The notes beneath the pieces are model-generated. The model had not been told where the DNA came from, ran no database searches, and saw only the letters and a list, made by a program, of their open reading frames with translations. From an uncultured virus (IMG/VR IMGVR_UViG_3300032132_000750) (taxonomy: Duplodnaviria; Heunggongvirae; Uroviricota; Caudoviricetes): a DNA stretch of 64,000 nucleotides. Each line of letters opens with the position of its first letter. Within the stretch, counting starts at the first letter, position 1. Positions 1-10,699 of the stretch are shown in pieces. The translations under genes were made by a program, and so were the position numbers. Where the stretch lies: IMG/VR virus record IMGVR_UViG_3300032132_000750; one strand, given 5' to 3'.

Positions 1-413
1 ATGTCATCAAAATCACCAATGTCTCGCACTAAGAAGGTTTTTTTCTTTCTTCTGGTTAGTGCGGCTATGGTACAGCTTTTCCTAACTACTTTTCAACATT
101 TGCGAGACCTTGAAAAAGAGCAATACACTCCTTATGTTGTAGCTCCAGTAACCAGCGATGATTAGCGAGCAAGACATAATACAGATATTTCTGTCTTGCG
201 GGGCTACCCCAAAACAAGAAGGCTCGACTGGAGGATTTCTCTTCGGAGCTTTTAACTTTACATATGATGACAAATATACGGTTTCAACAGTGGAAGTTTT
301 AGATTCAAAATGAACGGTATGTATCTAACACTAGCTGTGGTCTTTTACCTCATCTTCGATATGCCGATGCTGGCAATGGTTTTCTTGTTCCTAGCCTTTG
401 TAATGGACGACGA

Positions 414-554
414 CTAGAAGCGTTGAACGTAGAACTTTGAGCACAGGTCAGGGATTCTTCTCATCAACCCCCCGGTGCAAAACTCTGATTTCTAGTTTTT
501 AAGTCTCTAAGCAGAGACGCTAGAAGCTCAAAGTTCTACGTTCAGCGCTTTTAG
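414..554 (+). repeat. Heptad inverted-repeat element 1 (29-bp arms 414-442 / 526-554, structured interior)
   Basis: CTAGAAGCGTTGAACGTAGAACTTTGAGC pairs with GCTCAAAGTTCTACGTTCAGCGCTTTTAG; both mismatches are G:U on +; interior stems GGTCAGGG/CTCTGATT and GTCTCT-AAGC-AGAGAC. Confidence 0.85.
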
Positions 555-556
555 CA

Positions 557-781
557 ATGAGTATTATGACATTCGAAGAAATCGACCCGACTAAAAAGTA
601 TACTCTCTCCAAAAAAGTAGAGTTTTACAATCATCGATCCGGCACCTTTGCCCACTTCAATGAGGGGCTGGTTGTGTCTGTTCTGCGAAAAAACGATGGT
701 TACGCCTCTAAAACCATCATTGTTAAGTTTGCTGACGGAGATATAGAAGTTTTCCCTCATCAACTTTCGCCAATAACTTAG
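557..781 (+). CDS. Hypothetical protein (74 aa)
   Basis: ORF begins 2 nt after element 1; plausible composition. Confidence 0.6.
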   Translation: MSIMTFEEIDPTKKYTLSKKVEFYNHRSGTFAHFNEGLVVSVLRKNDGYASKTIIVKFADGDIEVFPHQLSPIT

Positions 782-914
782 TCCATAAACAAGCGGCCCT
801 GAGCCTTGCCTTTACGCACTTGTTGGTGTAAATTACTTCTTCAAATACGTGCCACCCTTTCCTGCAAAATAGTAAAACAGCGGAACAAGCTGTTTATTGG
901 GATATATTACCTTA

Positions 915-2393
915 ATGACAGAACAGAAATCTGAACCAGTAGGTTCATTTGTAATTAACCTCGATGATGAGGAAGAATCTCCTCAAACCGGAGCCCCGGC
1001 AAAGCCGTCCTACACTCCGATTGAGCTTACTACTGAAATAGAATGGGCGCGCAGCGGAACTAAGTTCTACGCTCGTCCCTGTGCTGACAAGTTCCCTAAA
1101 CTGCCTGGCGGCGTTTATCGCTTTGTTAGTCCACCACAGCAACCTTGGTTTCTTGAGCGTAGCGCAGACCGTTTTGAATTCCCTTTCAAAGTCTATAACG
1201 CTAGCGGAGATGTCATTGCGCGAGTTTGTACGCACTGGGCGGCTAACGGCGGCAGTCTTGGTGTTCTCGCTAATGGTTTGCGAGGTGCTGGTAAGTCCGT
1301 TACTGTCAAACTGATCGCAAACCGTCTTCGTGATGAGATGGATATACCCATCCTTGTTGTAAGGCAGCCGATTCCACTCGATGTTATCTTTGATAACATT
1401 CAGCAACATATGATTGTGATTTTCGACGAATTCGAAAAATCACACGACCCAAACCTCTATCCAGGCGCTCAGCAAAGATTGCTTAGCACCATCGATGGAA
1501 TGAGTCGCTCAGAGTTTAACCGGTTGCTGTTGTTCACTACAAACAATGTCAACATTAACGAAAACTTCAAGGATCGGCCTAGTCGAATTCACTATAAGTT
1601 TGAGTTCAGTCGCGTCTCTGATGAAATCATTGAAGGCTTGATTAACGATACTTTGCCAGAGCACTTGATGCACTTTAAGGAAGACATCTTCCAGTGCCTC
1701 AATACTCGCGCAATATGCACAATCGACATTGTTCGGTCTATTATCAAGGAAGTTGTTACTTTCGAGGAAAGCCCGATTCAATTCGAGGAAATGCTCAACA
1801 TCGCCAAGAGCCAGCCTCCGTCATTCACGGTTTCTATTGTGGAGCCCGAAACAAACGGGGAAATCACCCGACTCAGCTCATTTTGGCGTCTGTCTCGCCA
1901 CGAAGAGCGCTACGCTCCGCTGCTTAGCGGCAATAAGCGAAGTCTGGCTGATTTCAAGGATAAGGGCAAGGAAGTTAGCGTTTCTTCAAGCAGTTGGGGT
2001 GGCGACATAACCTTGAAGCTGCTTGAACCTTGCGAGGAAGATGGTTTCTTCCTGGCTAACGTTAAGGTTCCTACGTCAAAGACCTTCTTCGACAAGTATG
2101 ATTTCTTGTATGAGCAATCATTCTGGCTCGATGATCGTCCTGATGATTGGAGACCTCTTCCTTCCCCGGAACAGATTAAAACCGAGGAAAAACAAGAAGA
2201 CAATAAGGGGCTCAAACGACAACAAGTTTACGAACTCTTTAATGCTGGTCGCCACGGTAGAAAAACCCTTCATGGAACGGGTAAGCCGTCTGTCTATAAG
2301 ATCAAGATTGAACCTAACGCTGAGTTGCACGGACCTCTTCGAGCAACTTCCAGCGCTCTAACCGGGTTAAATGTAGACAAACTGGACAAGTAA
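915..2393 (+). CDS. AAA+ ATPase (phage-type) with unknown C-terminal domain
   Basis: Walker A GLRGAGKS, Walker B IVIFDEFEK, sensor TTN, DRPSRI arginine-finger-like motif; ATG at 915 chosen over TTG 897. Confidence 0.9.
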   Translation: MTEQKSEPVGSFVINLDDEEESPQTGAPAKPSYTPIELTTEIEWARSGTKFYARPCADKFPKLPGGVYRFVSPPQQPWFLERSADRFEFPFKVYNASGDVIARVCTHWAANGGSLGVLANGLRGAGKSVTVKLIANRLRDEMDIPILVVRQPIPLDVIFDNIQQHMIVIFDEFEKSHDPNLYPGAQQRLLSTIDGMSRSEFNRLLLFTTNNVNINENFKDRPSRIHYKFEFSRVSDEIIEGLINDTLPEHLMHFKEDIFQCLNTRAICTIDIVRSIIKEVVTFEESPIQFEEMLNIAKSQPPSFTVSIVEPETNGEITRLSSFWRLSRHEERYAPLLSGNKRSLADFKDKGKEVSVSSSSWGGDITLKLLEPCEEDGFFLANVKVPTSKTFFDKYDFLYEQSFWLDDRPDDWRPLPSPEQIKTEEKQEDNKGLKRQQVYELFNAGRHGRKTLHGTGKPSVYKIKIEPNAELHGPLRATSSALTGLNVDKLDK

Positions 2394-2403
2394 TCTCAAC
2401 AGT

Positions 2404-2443
2404 AGACCCGGCACTAGTTTTTAGTGCCGGGTTTGCGCTTTTT
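2404..2443 (+). terminator. Intrinsic terminator-like hairpin after the AAA gene
   Basis: AGACCCGGCACTA-GTTTT-TAGTGCCGGGTTT followed by T-rich tract. Confidence 0.7.
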
Positions 2444-2464
2444 ATCCCTAAAAGGAAATATACA

Positions 2465-2842
2465 ATGACTGATGTAACAAACGATCTAACTCCCGATGAA
2501 ATTTTCATGCTCAATGAAGTAAAAAAAGTTAAGGGTTTTGAAGATATCGAACCTACTGAAGCCGGTCTTGCTGTTATGGATGAGCGCTTTCAAGAGTTGG
2601 AAGAGCAATTCAACACAATTGACGATAATCTACTATCTCGGATAAAGGTCACAACTAAAGTTAGCGACCTTAATCAAGAGGTCACAGTTACCGTTAAAGC
2701 AGATGATAACGAGGCTTTCCAGGTTCTGCAAAAATTCACGCCTTTGGTGGAACTTTTTCCTTTGTTGGCTCAAGCAGAACTTGCTTGCGAAGCTGAGAGA
2801 AAAGCCGCTGCTGAAAAATTTACTGGCAAAGAGTTTATCTAG
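2465..2842 (+). CDS. Hypothetical acidic protein
   Basis: 125-aa ORF with AAGGA RBS. Confidence 0.7.
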   Translation: MTDVTNDLTPDEIFMLNEVKKVKGFEDIEPTEAGLAVMDERFQELEEQFNTIDDNLLSRIKVTTKVSDLNQEVTVTVKADDNEAFQVLQKFTPLVELFPLLAQAELACEAERKAAAEKFTGKEFI

Positions 2843-2848
2843 CACCTG

Positions 2849-3262
2849 ATGATAGGTAAGCATCACAAATCAGCGCCTTGCCCATATTGTGATAAAAGGT
2901 CGGATTATTTTCGAATAATCCGACTTTGCGGGCTTAGATATCTACATAAATGTTCAAGCCCAGCCAATGGTGGTTGCGGTGTTTTCTATATTTACGAGTA
3001 CTCGGGGCCAACAGATATAGACCCAAAGGTCTTTATTAGGGCGACTTGCTATTTTTGTGATGAAAAACACAAACTAGAAATACGGCCCCCAAAACTAAAC
3101 CCCCAACATGGAACAATTATTCCGTGTTACCCGTGCTGGTATCAATATGAATGCGATACTTGGTGGGATCAAATGGATGACTCAATCACTTACCCAGATG
3201 ATTTGCCTACTAACAAGCCAGAACCAAAAATAGACGTAAGCATAGATACAGACGCAACTTAA
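2849..3262 (+). CDS. Multi-CxxC (zinc-ribbon) protein, paralogue family ending IPCxxCW
   Basis: CPYC...C...C...CYFC...H...IPCYPCW; same layout as 37527 and 43526 genes. Confidence 0.65.
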   Translation: MIGKHHKSAPCPYCDKRSDYFRIIRLCGLRYLHKCSSPANGGCGVFYIYEYSGPTDIDPKVFIRATCYFCDEKHKLEIRPPKLNPQHGTIIPCYPCWYQYECDTWWDQMDDSITYPDDLPTNKPEPKIDVSIDTDAT

Positions 3263-3278
3263 CCCCTCCAAACGGGGC

Positions 3279-3306
3279 TTGACGCTAGGTTCTGGGGCCG
3301 TATAAT
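3279..3306 (+). promoter_or_regulatory. Sigma70-type promoter
   Basis: TTGACG-16 nt-TATAAT upstream of ORF 3321. Confidence 0.65.
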
Positions 3307-3499
3307 GCCCTGACGGTAATATGGATTCTGAAACTATAGATCATCGCTTCTACATCCGTCTTCGATATCGTTATTGGCCTGCTTTCGCAGACGGTTCCGT
3401 GCCGCACGAACCTATCTACGTCAACTTTAGCATCCTCCGCGATTCTGGGACAATAGACGATCAGCAAGTAGCTGATAGAATGGACGCAGAACTAGTTAA

Positions 3500-4189
3500 A
3501 TGACAACTCTCGACGACACAATCAGAAAAGCCAAAGAGACTATCTTTCATTGGCTCTATCCTTCTTGTGGTCGTGATCCGGGTGATACCCGACAAGTCTA
3601 CTCTCATTGGGAGCTTTGGCAGCGAGTTTCCAGCATAGCTGGAATCACTGATATTGGGATAACCGATGCAGCCTTGGAGCTTTTGACACAAGAGCGAGAT
3701 AACTTCAATAAGATATCAGACAAGATTTATCATCGGGCTCGATGGGTCAAGCTGATGAATTGCTGGGGGCCTCCTCCGTTGAATGAGATAATCGACGTTT
3801 TGCGGAAACAAGACGGCGATAAGATCATGGAGATTGACGCTGTCTACGCCAATCGAATGGGCCTTACGACTCAAGTTCCCGCTCGAATCCTCTACCAGAC
3901 TGATGGACCTTCTAGAACTGAGCAAATCGGTCCCTGGAAAATCGAGTTTCAACACGCTGATGAAGCAATTACCTGCTGGGCGGGACATCCGGGTGCTGGA
4001 GTTATTCAGGCTCTCAACTGGATGGGCCAGCCTTGGGTTGAGAATAATCGAGATCGGGTCTTAACTCGCCTAAGAAAGTCGGCTTGGCGTAATGATGCAA
4101 TCCCTGGGCACGTCAAAAAAGACCTAGCCGATAACATGGCTCAGGTGCCCGAGTGGATGCGACCGATTATTCAAGATGTGCTAAATTAG
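3500..4189 (+). CDS. DUF6088 / AbiEi-like family protein
   Basis: ANRMGLTTQVPARILYQTDGPSR...IEFQHA...GVIQALNWMG and C-terminal PEWM resemble DUF6088 proteins (recognised by eye). Confidence 0.65.
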   Translation: MTTLDDTIRKAKETIFHWLYPSCGRDPGDTRQVYSHWELWQRVSSIAGITDIGITDAALELLTQERDNFNKISDKIYHRARWVKLMNCWGPPPLNEIIDVLRKQDGDKIMEIDAVYANRMGLTTQVPARILYQTDGPSRTEQIGPWKIEFQHADEAITCWAGHPGAGVIQALNWMGQPWVENNRDRVLTRLRKSAWRNDAIPGHVKKDLADNMAQVPEWMRPIIQDVLN

Positions 4190-4203
4190 CAGAAAATAGG
4201 CTT

Positions 4204-5106
4204 ATGCCTCCTGTTCCTTATCGTCAACTCATTTTCCAATGTGAGAATCTGAGTTGCCTCCATTTTGAGCCCTGCGGAGAGGCTCATCTGTGGGCTAGCT
4301 ATTTGCGCCGAGAAGAGGTACAAAAGGACCATCATCTCTGCAATAAAATAGAGCCCGCTGATGGGCGCGCATATCATCGACTATCTGATGGTCGCCATGC
4401 GCGAATACTCCATACTGCTCATGGCCTAGACGCAAAAGCTTATGGGCTTACAGGGTTAAAAGTTGCTCTTTTGCTTCATGCAAAGGATTGCAACAAAATT
4501 GATACTCCAGCAATGATAATCGGTTATGATCCTCGGATTGTCCGTCTCATCAAACTTTTGGAGCGAGGCACTGCTATGGATTATAAATTTCATAGTGATA
4601 TGCCTTTCTGGAAAAATAAGGGGGATGTCGCTTTTAGGCAAGGCTTCTACTCGGCTTTTTCTGATATTAATTACAAAATCAGATATGTAAAAGAAAACTT
4701 ACTTCAATACATTAAGGATGAGCTACAGAAAGCTTTAACCCGCTGGGAATCTTACCAACAACAAAGTAAAGATAACCATCAAGAATGGGTAATTCAATCC
4801 AGAACTCTGCCTCGTGATAAAGTAGATAACAAACTACTCTACTCAAATCCTTGGATGATGGAAGCTAGTGGTAAAATCAGAGCCTTTAGGCGTATTATTC
4901 GTCTTATAGAAACCCCTGATCGCGATGTAGTAATGGCGGAAGCTAAAGACTATATCGATGATTTGGCAAACAAGCTAAGACACAAAATCCAAGGATGGGG
5001 CGTTAAAGACTGGAAACCAGTCTATGCTAAATCCTATACAGGTTCCTGGCATTATCCGAAGGGCCACTCACAAATAAAATCCTCTAGATGGTCTTATCCT
5101 CTCTAA
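4204..5106 (+). CDS. Hypothetical protein
   Basis: Long ORF filling the space between neighbours; start uncertain. Confidence 0.65.
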   Translation: MPPVPYRQLIFQCENLSCLHFEPCGEAHLWASYLRREEVQKDHHLCNKIEPADGRAYHRLSDGRHARILHTAHGLDAKAYGLTGLKVALLLHAKDCNKIDTPAMIIGYDPRIVRLIKLLERGTAMDYKFHSDMPFWKNKGDVAFRQGFYSAFSDINYKIRYVKENLLQYIKDELQKALTRWESYQQQSKDNHQEWVIQSRTLPRDKVDNKLLYSNPWMMEASGKIRAFRRIIRLIETPDRDVVMAEAKDYIDDLANKLRHKIQGWGVKDWKPVYAKSYTGSWHYPKGHSQIKSSRWSYPL

Positions 5107-5738
5107 TGAAAATAGTAGTAATGTCAGACACGCACGGATTCCATAAGGCGCTATCACCGCCTGCCGGGGATGTGTTTGTTCATTGTGGTGACCATTGCTC
5201 ATTCACCGGCACTGAAAAGGAAACCCTAGCTTTCCTGCGGTGGGTACAATCACTTCCTCACACCCATAAGGTTATTACTGTAGGAAACCATGATTTGTGG
5301 TGCGAAACAGTTGATATGAAGGAGGTTGCCGCAATCTATGGAATTCACTGTCTTATAGATGATAGTGTTGAGATAGAAGATAGGATCTTTTATGGTTCTC
5401 CCTATGTCCCCAAATATGGGGATTGGGCTTTTATGTATGACCAGCATACTTATCCGCACTATACTTACCTACCTGAGAACATCGATGTTCTGATAACACA
5501 CGGACCCCCTTACGGGCACGGAGATTACGTTCCAGATAAAAGAATCCATGTTGGATCTCTTGATTTGTTAAATGAAGTTGCACGGGTTAAGCCAAAATAC
5601 CACCTCTTTGGTCATGTTCACGAAGGTAGGGAGGTTGGCAGAACCAAGTCAGAGCTAACGCCTACTATATTCATTAACGCAGCCTGCTGGAATCACAAAA
5701 CAGAAGCTACGTATAGCGCCATAACTTTTGACATCTAG
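5106..5738 (+). CDS. Calcineurin-like metallophosphoesterase
   Basis: Motifs DTHG, GD, GNHD, THGPP, GHVHE in canonical order. Confidence 0.95.
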   Translation: MKIVVMSDTHGFHKALSPPAGDVFVHCGDHCSFTGTEKETLAFLRWVQSLPHTHKVITVGNHDLWCETVDMKEVAAIYGIHCLIDDSVEIEDRIFYGSPYVPKYGDWAFMYDQHTYPHYTYLPENIDVLITHGPPYGHGDYVPDKRIHVGSLDLLNEVARVKPKYHLFGHVHEGREVGRTKSELTPTIFINAACWNHKTEATYSAITFDI

Positions 5739-5746
5739 GAGCAGAA

Positions 5747-6205
5747 ATGACGGAAACTGAAGTTTGGGAATGGATGATGGAAGGTAATTATCCTCCTGGC
5801 TACCCTGATATGGATCAGTTGGATCTTGTGCCGCTAGAGCGTCGTGCAATCGCAACGCTCTCCGCTGATGTTCCCTATACAGAGGAAGTCAAACGGAAAG
5901 TCATTACTCCTGCCATGCGTCGGAAGGGTAAAACAACACGAGAGATCGTTGAAACACTCCGTAAAGGTACAAAAGTCAAGATTGTAATGGCTTCAAGAAT
6001 GGGGGTGGTAGGAATTACGCCCGACCTTGACGCTACCCGTGGGTATTGTGTTAGAATACCCTGTATCGAAACCGACTATGTCGGTTATCCAATTGAACCT
6101 ACCGGACTATTGACTAACATCGAGCCAATCGAAGACAATAGACCCGAAGCTGCTCCCGCCCATGCAGCTATTGCAGCCGAGAAAGCAAAACCTAGCGAAA
6201 GATGA
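5747..6205 (+). CDS. Hypothetical protein
   Basis: AGGAG RBS, 152-aa ORF. Confidence 0.7.
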   Translation: MTETEVWEWMMEGNYPPGYPDMDQLDLVPLERRAIATLSADVPYTEEVKRKVITPAMRRKGKTTREIVETLRKGTKVKIVMASRMGVVGITPDLDATRGYCVRIPCIETDYVGYPIEPTGLLTNIEPIEDNRPEAAPAHAAIAAEKAKPSER

Positions 6206-6453
6206 TATGTGTCAACTGCGGTAAAGCACTTTTTGGTAAACCCTTTAAGTTGCCAGATATTGTTATCATAGATTACTATCATGTAGATGGAGGACATCAT
6301 CATTGTCTTCCCAAAGATATTCTGCCGCAAACACCTCCCGCTAAATGCCATATTTGCAAAATCATACAACCTCCGCACAAATCTCATTGTTCTGCGGCAG
6401 GGACGCCCCGATACCGCCCAAAACCTGTTTCTGTGCCTGAGTAATATATAGAT

Positions 6454-7500
6454 ATGAGTTTCAAGAAATTAAATATCCCTCCCACAATCCATGCGGGTTT
6501 CGTCAATCGAAATGATACTTACACAGGTAAACTAGCCTATGTAATATACACTGATCATAAAGGTAAGCTCCGTAAGGAGAAATCCTGGAATGGTTGGCGT
6601 AATCAAAAAATTAAGTCTGTAGATTTTGAAAATGAACCTACAGCGGGCTTTGTTCTCAATAGAAAAGTCGGTGGAGGCAACTACGGTTGGCATTCCCGGC
6701 AAGCTAAGATTCGGATTTATGATCCTCGTGATTTTGAATTCGAAATCACTCTAGAAAATTTGCTCTTCATCCTAGAAGAATGCTCTTCAATCAAAGGAAA
6801 AGGTCTAGAGGGAGAGTTTGTTTACGCCTGGGACAGAGATAAGATTGTTTTGTTGCCAGTTTCATCGCAAGAATATAAATCTTCCTCCGAACATACCGCC
6901 AATCAAACCAAGAAAGTCACTAAAGACAGCATGGCAGAGGGATGTATGTATCGAACCAAAAAAGGTTTCGAAGTCATGTATTTGGGACGCCATTCTTGGG
7001 TTTACGAGACTAAGGTGTATAAGGATTTCCCGCGGCCCGAAGCTGATATTAAGAAGGATCAGGATCGAAAGGATAAGGAAATAGCAAAAGCTAAAAAAAC
7101 TTATGGGAAGCAGTGGAAGCGGTATGCTAGATATTCTGTCGTGGAGCCTAAAAAGACTGAATCGCGACAAGTAATCTTAACTCATAAAGACAAAAAACAC
7201 ATATTTGTTAGTCTTGATGGAGAATTTAAGGTTTATGGTCCAGATCATCGGGATGGCTATAACAATCAAACGTCGTATTTTGTCCAATCAGGCTACACGG
7301 CACTTTCAGAGCGTCTTAATGACGAACCAGATCCGCGTTTTGCTGATGAATACGAAAAAATGATGGGTTGTAAATACATTACTGGAAAACGCTCTAAGCC
7401 TAGGAAAAAGAAGCCTGTTAAGAAAAAGGCTAAGAAAAAGGCCGTCAAGAAGAAGGCCAAGAAAAAGAAGAAAACCTCATCATCCGCGATGGCGTGGTAA
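6454..7500 (+). CDS. Conserved phage hypothetical protein with Lys-rich C-terminal tail
   Basis: N-terminus DTYTGKLAYVIY...KLRKEKSW...IYDPRDFEFEI resembles proteins I recall from large phages; tail KKKAKKKAVKKKAKKKKK. Confidence 0.75.
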   Translation: MSFKKLNIPPTIHAGFVNRNDTYTGKLAYVIYTDHKGKLRKEKSWNGWRNQKIKSVDFENEPTAGFVLNRKVGGGNYGWHSRQAKIRIYDPRDFEFEITLENLLFILEECSSIKGKGLEGEFVYAWDRDKIVLLPVSSQEYKSSSEHTANQTKKVTKDSMAEGCMYRTKKGFEVMYLGRHSWVYETKVYKDFPRPEADIKKDQDRKDKEIAKAKKTYGKQWKRYARYSVVEPKKTESRQVILTHKDKKHIFVSLDGEFKVYGPDHRDGYNNQTSYFVQSGYTALSERLNDEPDPRFADEYEKMMGCKYITGKRSKPRKKKPVKKKAKKKAVKKKAKKKKKTSSSAMAW

Positions 7501-7512
7501 AGAGAGACAAAA

Positions 7513-7968
7513 ATGGACGCTGAAACACAAGCAAACGACGCTAAGATCAAACTACTGCTGACTGCCGTAGAGACAAAACGTGCTGCTCTGGGTAATCGCC
7601 CTAAAGCCGCTCGGGAAACTAACGGCACATTTAAGTGGGCAGAAGACAATACCAGCAAGGGCTCTTTTAACATCCACACCATCAAGGATGTTAATGTTTT
7701 CCTCGACGCCCTGGCTTTCCTTATGGATCGTAAGCGTCTTCGCGAAGAAGCCGCTGTTCAACTAGAAGTTGAAATCTCTCCTTTCGTGTGGAATGGTTAT
7801 TCCATCGATCAGTGGAAAGCTGATTTCAAACTTCGCATTAGCATTTTGCAGTACGAAGAGGGGAAAAAGGATCTGGTTAAAGCAGAAAAGCTTCTTAAAA
7901 AGCGGATGAGTGAAGTCACCAAGACTGCACTGGAACTGGAAAAGCTTGAAGCAGAGCTGTTGGGGTAA
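7513..7968 (+). CDS. Hypothetical coiled-coil protein
   Basis: 151-aa ORF, co-directional with previous gene. Confidence 0.75.
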   Translation: MDAETQANDAKIKLLLTAVETKRAALGNRPKAARETNGTFKWAEDNTSKGSFNIHTIKDVNVFLDALAFLMDRKRLREEAAVQLEVEISPFVWNGYSIDQWKADFKLRISILQYEEGKKDLVKAEKLLKKRMSEVTKTALELEKLEAELLG

Positions 7969-8903
7969 GCCTTGCAAGTAAACCGAAATAGGTTCTAATG
8001 GTATTAAATGCCTCGCCTATTAAAGATGATCCTTCTATCATTGGTCGCACCTCTTTGGGGACCACCGTATTTCATCTACCTGCATTTCTATAATCAGAGA
8101 TGCGATGGAAACCTTGATGAAGTAGTGGAATGGTCTGAGGATAAAAATCAACGTTGAACGGGTTACTGCTTTCCCAACTTACTTTTACGCCTAACGTATA
8201 ACGACTTGGTATTGAGTAGAAAAAATAGCGGCGATTTATTGCTTGTACGATAACAAGCGGCGCTTTTTGAGGGGGTTGTGCGTGAACAACCCCCTCACCT
8301 CAATTCGAGAGCCTTATGCCTATTTTCTTTTTCTTGGTTATGCTTCCCGCCATACCAATCCTTGCATTAATAGAAAAATGGCCTGCGTTAAATCGTAAGC
8401 TAGGTCTGAACGAATCCCCCTCAGTTACTGTTATCGGGCCTTTGATTAGTCTCATCGAATGGGTTGTGGTTCTTTCACTAAGTGCTATCTATAGTTGGTG
8501 GATCTTGCCAGCCTTCATTGCGATACTTTTTGCTATTGCCGCCTATTACGAAGTCTTGTAATGTTTACCTGGGCGAATTCGCTAAAAGAAAAGTGGAAAA
8601 GATCTCACGCGAAGATGTATTCTGCTTGGTATTTCTTTGCTGCTAGTAAGGATCCTTTTTGCGTCGGGCGTTCCTATAAAGGAAAAACCATTATTGCGCG
8701 TGAATTAGTGCGTTCTGTCCTTAAGAATAACGGAAAGTCTGTATTAGTGGGCCTTTATTTAGCTGATTGCCCCCCATTTACCTTTAAACCAGGCCCCGCA
8801 CCTGACGGGCCACATAAACTCACTCTTCATAAAATCTCTGAAGAGGAGACTATAAGACACAAAACATTCCAAGATTCCATTTTCGGTTCTTAACGAGGTC
8901 GAG

Positions 8904-9539
8904 TTGTTTCAAAAAATCAAATACGCATATTGGAAAGTTGTTCCTCACCGTTTGAGACCGGGTGAACTCTGGTATCGTTTTAAGTGCTGGATCTGGCATC
9001 GCTATACAACTGTTAAACCACGAGGTCTACCACATACTTGGTACGATCGTAGCGGCTTGATGCCCCGCATGATCTTCGAAATACTCTCCCAGTTTATTGA
9101 AGGTGAATGTGGAGAAGATTGTCACATTGATTGGTATTATCCCAACGATGATGGCACTCTCGGACATCAGGTTGAAGTCGATGGTAAGCGGGTTAATGTC
9201 CTCGACGAAATGAAGGACATTTACGATTGGTGGCATAACGACTACCTGGTCAACTATGACCATATCCATGACGAATGGCATGCCCACAGAAAACTCCACG
9301 TTCATGATGTCTTCACTAAGATAACTGAACAAGAAACCAAGGATTGGGTTAAAGAGTTCGATCCCGAAGTGGATGAAGAAGAATTAGAAGAGTGGGACAC
9401 ACAATACAGTAGCCCTGAAGCTGAAGTAGAAAACAAGCGGATCTTTAAAGAAGCCAACGACCGAAAAGATGCTTACGAAAAGGAACTCAATAGTCGTATG
9501 CATCGGATCATTAACATCATTCCTTATATGTGGACTTAA
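8904..9539 (+). CDS. Hypothetical phage protein
   Basis: 211-aa ORF, GAGG RBS, ends YMWT. Confidence 0.7.
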   Translation: MFQKIKYAYWKVVPHRLRPGELWYRFKCWIWHRYTTVKPRGLPHTWYDRSGLMPRMIFEILSQFIEGECGEDCHIDWYYPNDDGTLGHQVEVDGKRVNVLDEMKDIYDWWHNDYLVNYDHIHDEWHAHRKLHVHDVFTKITEQETKDWVKEFDPEVDEEELEEWDTQYSSPEAEVENKRIFKEANDRKDAYEKELNSRMHRIINIIPYMWT

Positions 9540-9570
9540 CCACATATCCCACTTTTAGAAGGACAAGATT

Positions 9571-10434
9571 GTGAAGCGAGCATTAGGAGATAGTGTCTTT
9601 GACAGGAGAGGAGCGGGAAATCTATCAGAACGAGCATACATTGCTCTGATTAGCTTTTTCACTCTATACGGGTTGGCTGTAACCGGCTTTTTGGCTGTCT
9701 TTACGGCCCATCTCTGGGGACCGATTAACACTCCGACCAAAGATCGTGTTGCAGTAGAAGCTTCGGCTAACCCCGGAGGCAGCACAACAACGCCACAACC
9801 CGAGGCCACACAGGTTGAAAACCCTAAAAAGGCTGAAAACCCTGACGAAAAAGAAAAATCCATGTTGGCTCCAACCAACAGCCCAACACTGGGAATGGGA
9901 GCCTTTCTTCTTCTAGGTTTTGTGATTCCTCTTCTAGGCATCTTCATTGCACTAGGTAGTGATAAGCCGATTATCAGTTTTCTGGGCTACAATATGGTGG
10001 TTGTCGGCTTCGGAATGATTCTGGGACCAACTATCTTTATGTATAGTGCCGACATCGTTCTGATGGCACTAGCTACAACCTTCCTACTTACTCTGGGAAT
10101 GAGTGCAATCGGCATTGCTTATCCCAAGAGCTTGGCGCATTGGGGTGGTTGGCTGTTTGGAATCTTGTTGGCTGTAATTGTTGGGCAATTCACCGGCATC
10201 TTTATGTCGATGATTGGTTATCCCGGCGTAGCACAGGTGATGGACTCTCCCGTCATGCACATTCTGATCAGCATTCTGTTCTGTGCTTACATCATCTATG
10301 ACTGGAATCGCGCTTTGCGTATTCCTAAGACAGTTGATAATGCTATTGATACAGCGGTGGCGCTGTACCTGGATATTATCAATCTGTTCATTCATATTCT
10401 GAGCCTTTATGGAAAGTCTCAGAATAGTTCCTAA
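9571..10434 (+). CDS. Bax inhibitor-1 / YccA family membrane protein with hydrophilic insertion
   Basis: About 7 hydrophobic segments; LFCAYIIYD and AVALYLDIINLF signatures. Confidence 0.9.
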   Translation: MKRALGDSVFDRRGAGNLSERAYIALISFFTLYGLAVTGFLAVFTAHLWGPINTPTKDRVAVEASANPGGSTTTPQPEATQVENPKKAENPDEKEKSMLAPTNSPTLGMGAFLLLGFVIPLLGIFIALGSDKPIISFLGYNMVVVGFGMILGPTIFMYSADIVLMALATTFLLTLGMSAIGIAYPKSLAHWGGWLFGILLAVIVGQFTGIFMSMIGYPGVAQVMDSPVMHILISILFCAYIIYDWNRALRIPKTVDNAIDTAVALYLDIINLFIHILSLYGKSQNSS

Positions 10435-10444
10435 CGGAGGAATT

Positions 10445-10633
10445 ATGTGCGATGCATGTTCCAAGTTGATGTTTGTCTGCGCAATGGGTAATTGTTCTAG
10501 CTGTACAAATGGTACAAGTAGCAGTTCCCATATGTATTGTCCAAAGTGTGCGATGGCTAAAAACGCTTGCCAGGCTTGCGGTAAAGTCGATCTTGCTCCT
10601 TTGGGAAGAGGTTCTGGCGGCCCAGCACAATAA
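10445..10633 (+). CDS. Small Cys-rich (4x CxxC) protein
   Basis: GGAGG RBS then MCDAC...CSSC...CPKC...CQAC. Confidence 0.7.
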   Translation: MCDACSKLMFVCAMGNCSSCTNGTSSSSHMYCPKCAMAKNACQACGKVDLAPLGRGSGGPAQ

Positions 10634-10699
10634 AACATCTACTAGAGCAATCTAGTAGCCCTTTTCGGGGCGGGTTCGTGGGAATCGAACCCCCAACAA

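Noticed and set aside
945..2361. Many alternative-frame and antisense ORFs nested in long genes (here and throughout)
   Set aside because: They overlap well-supported genes and lack motifs, RBS or promoter
10671..10695. T-arm-like GGGGTTCGATTCCC on the minus strand beside tRNA-Glu
   Set aside because: No matching D arm, anticodon arm or acceptor stem; it is just a local hairpin
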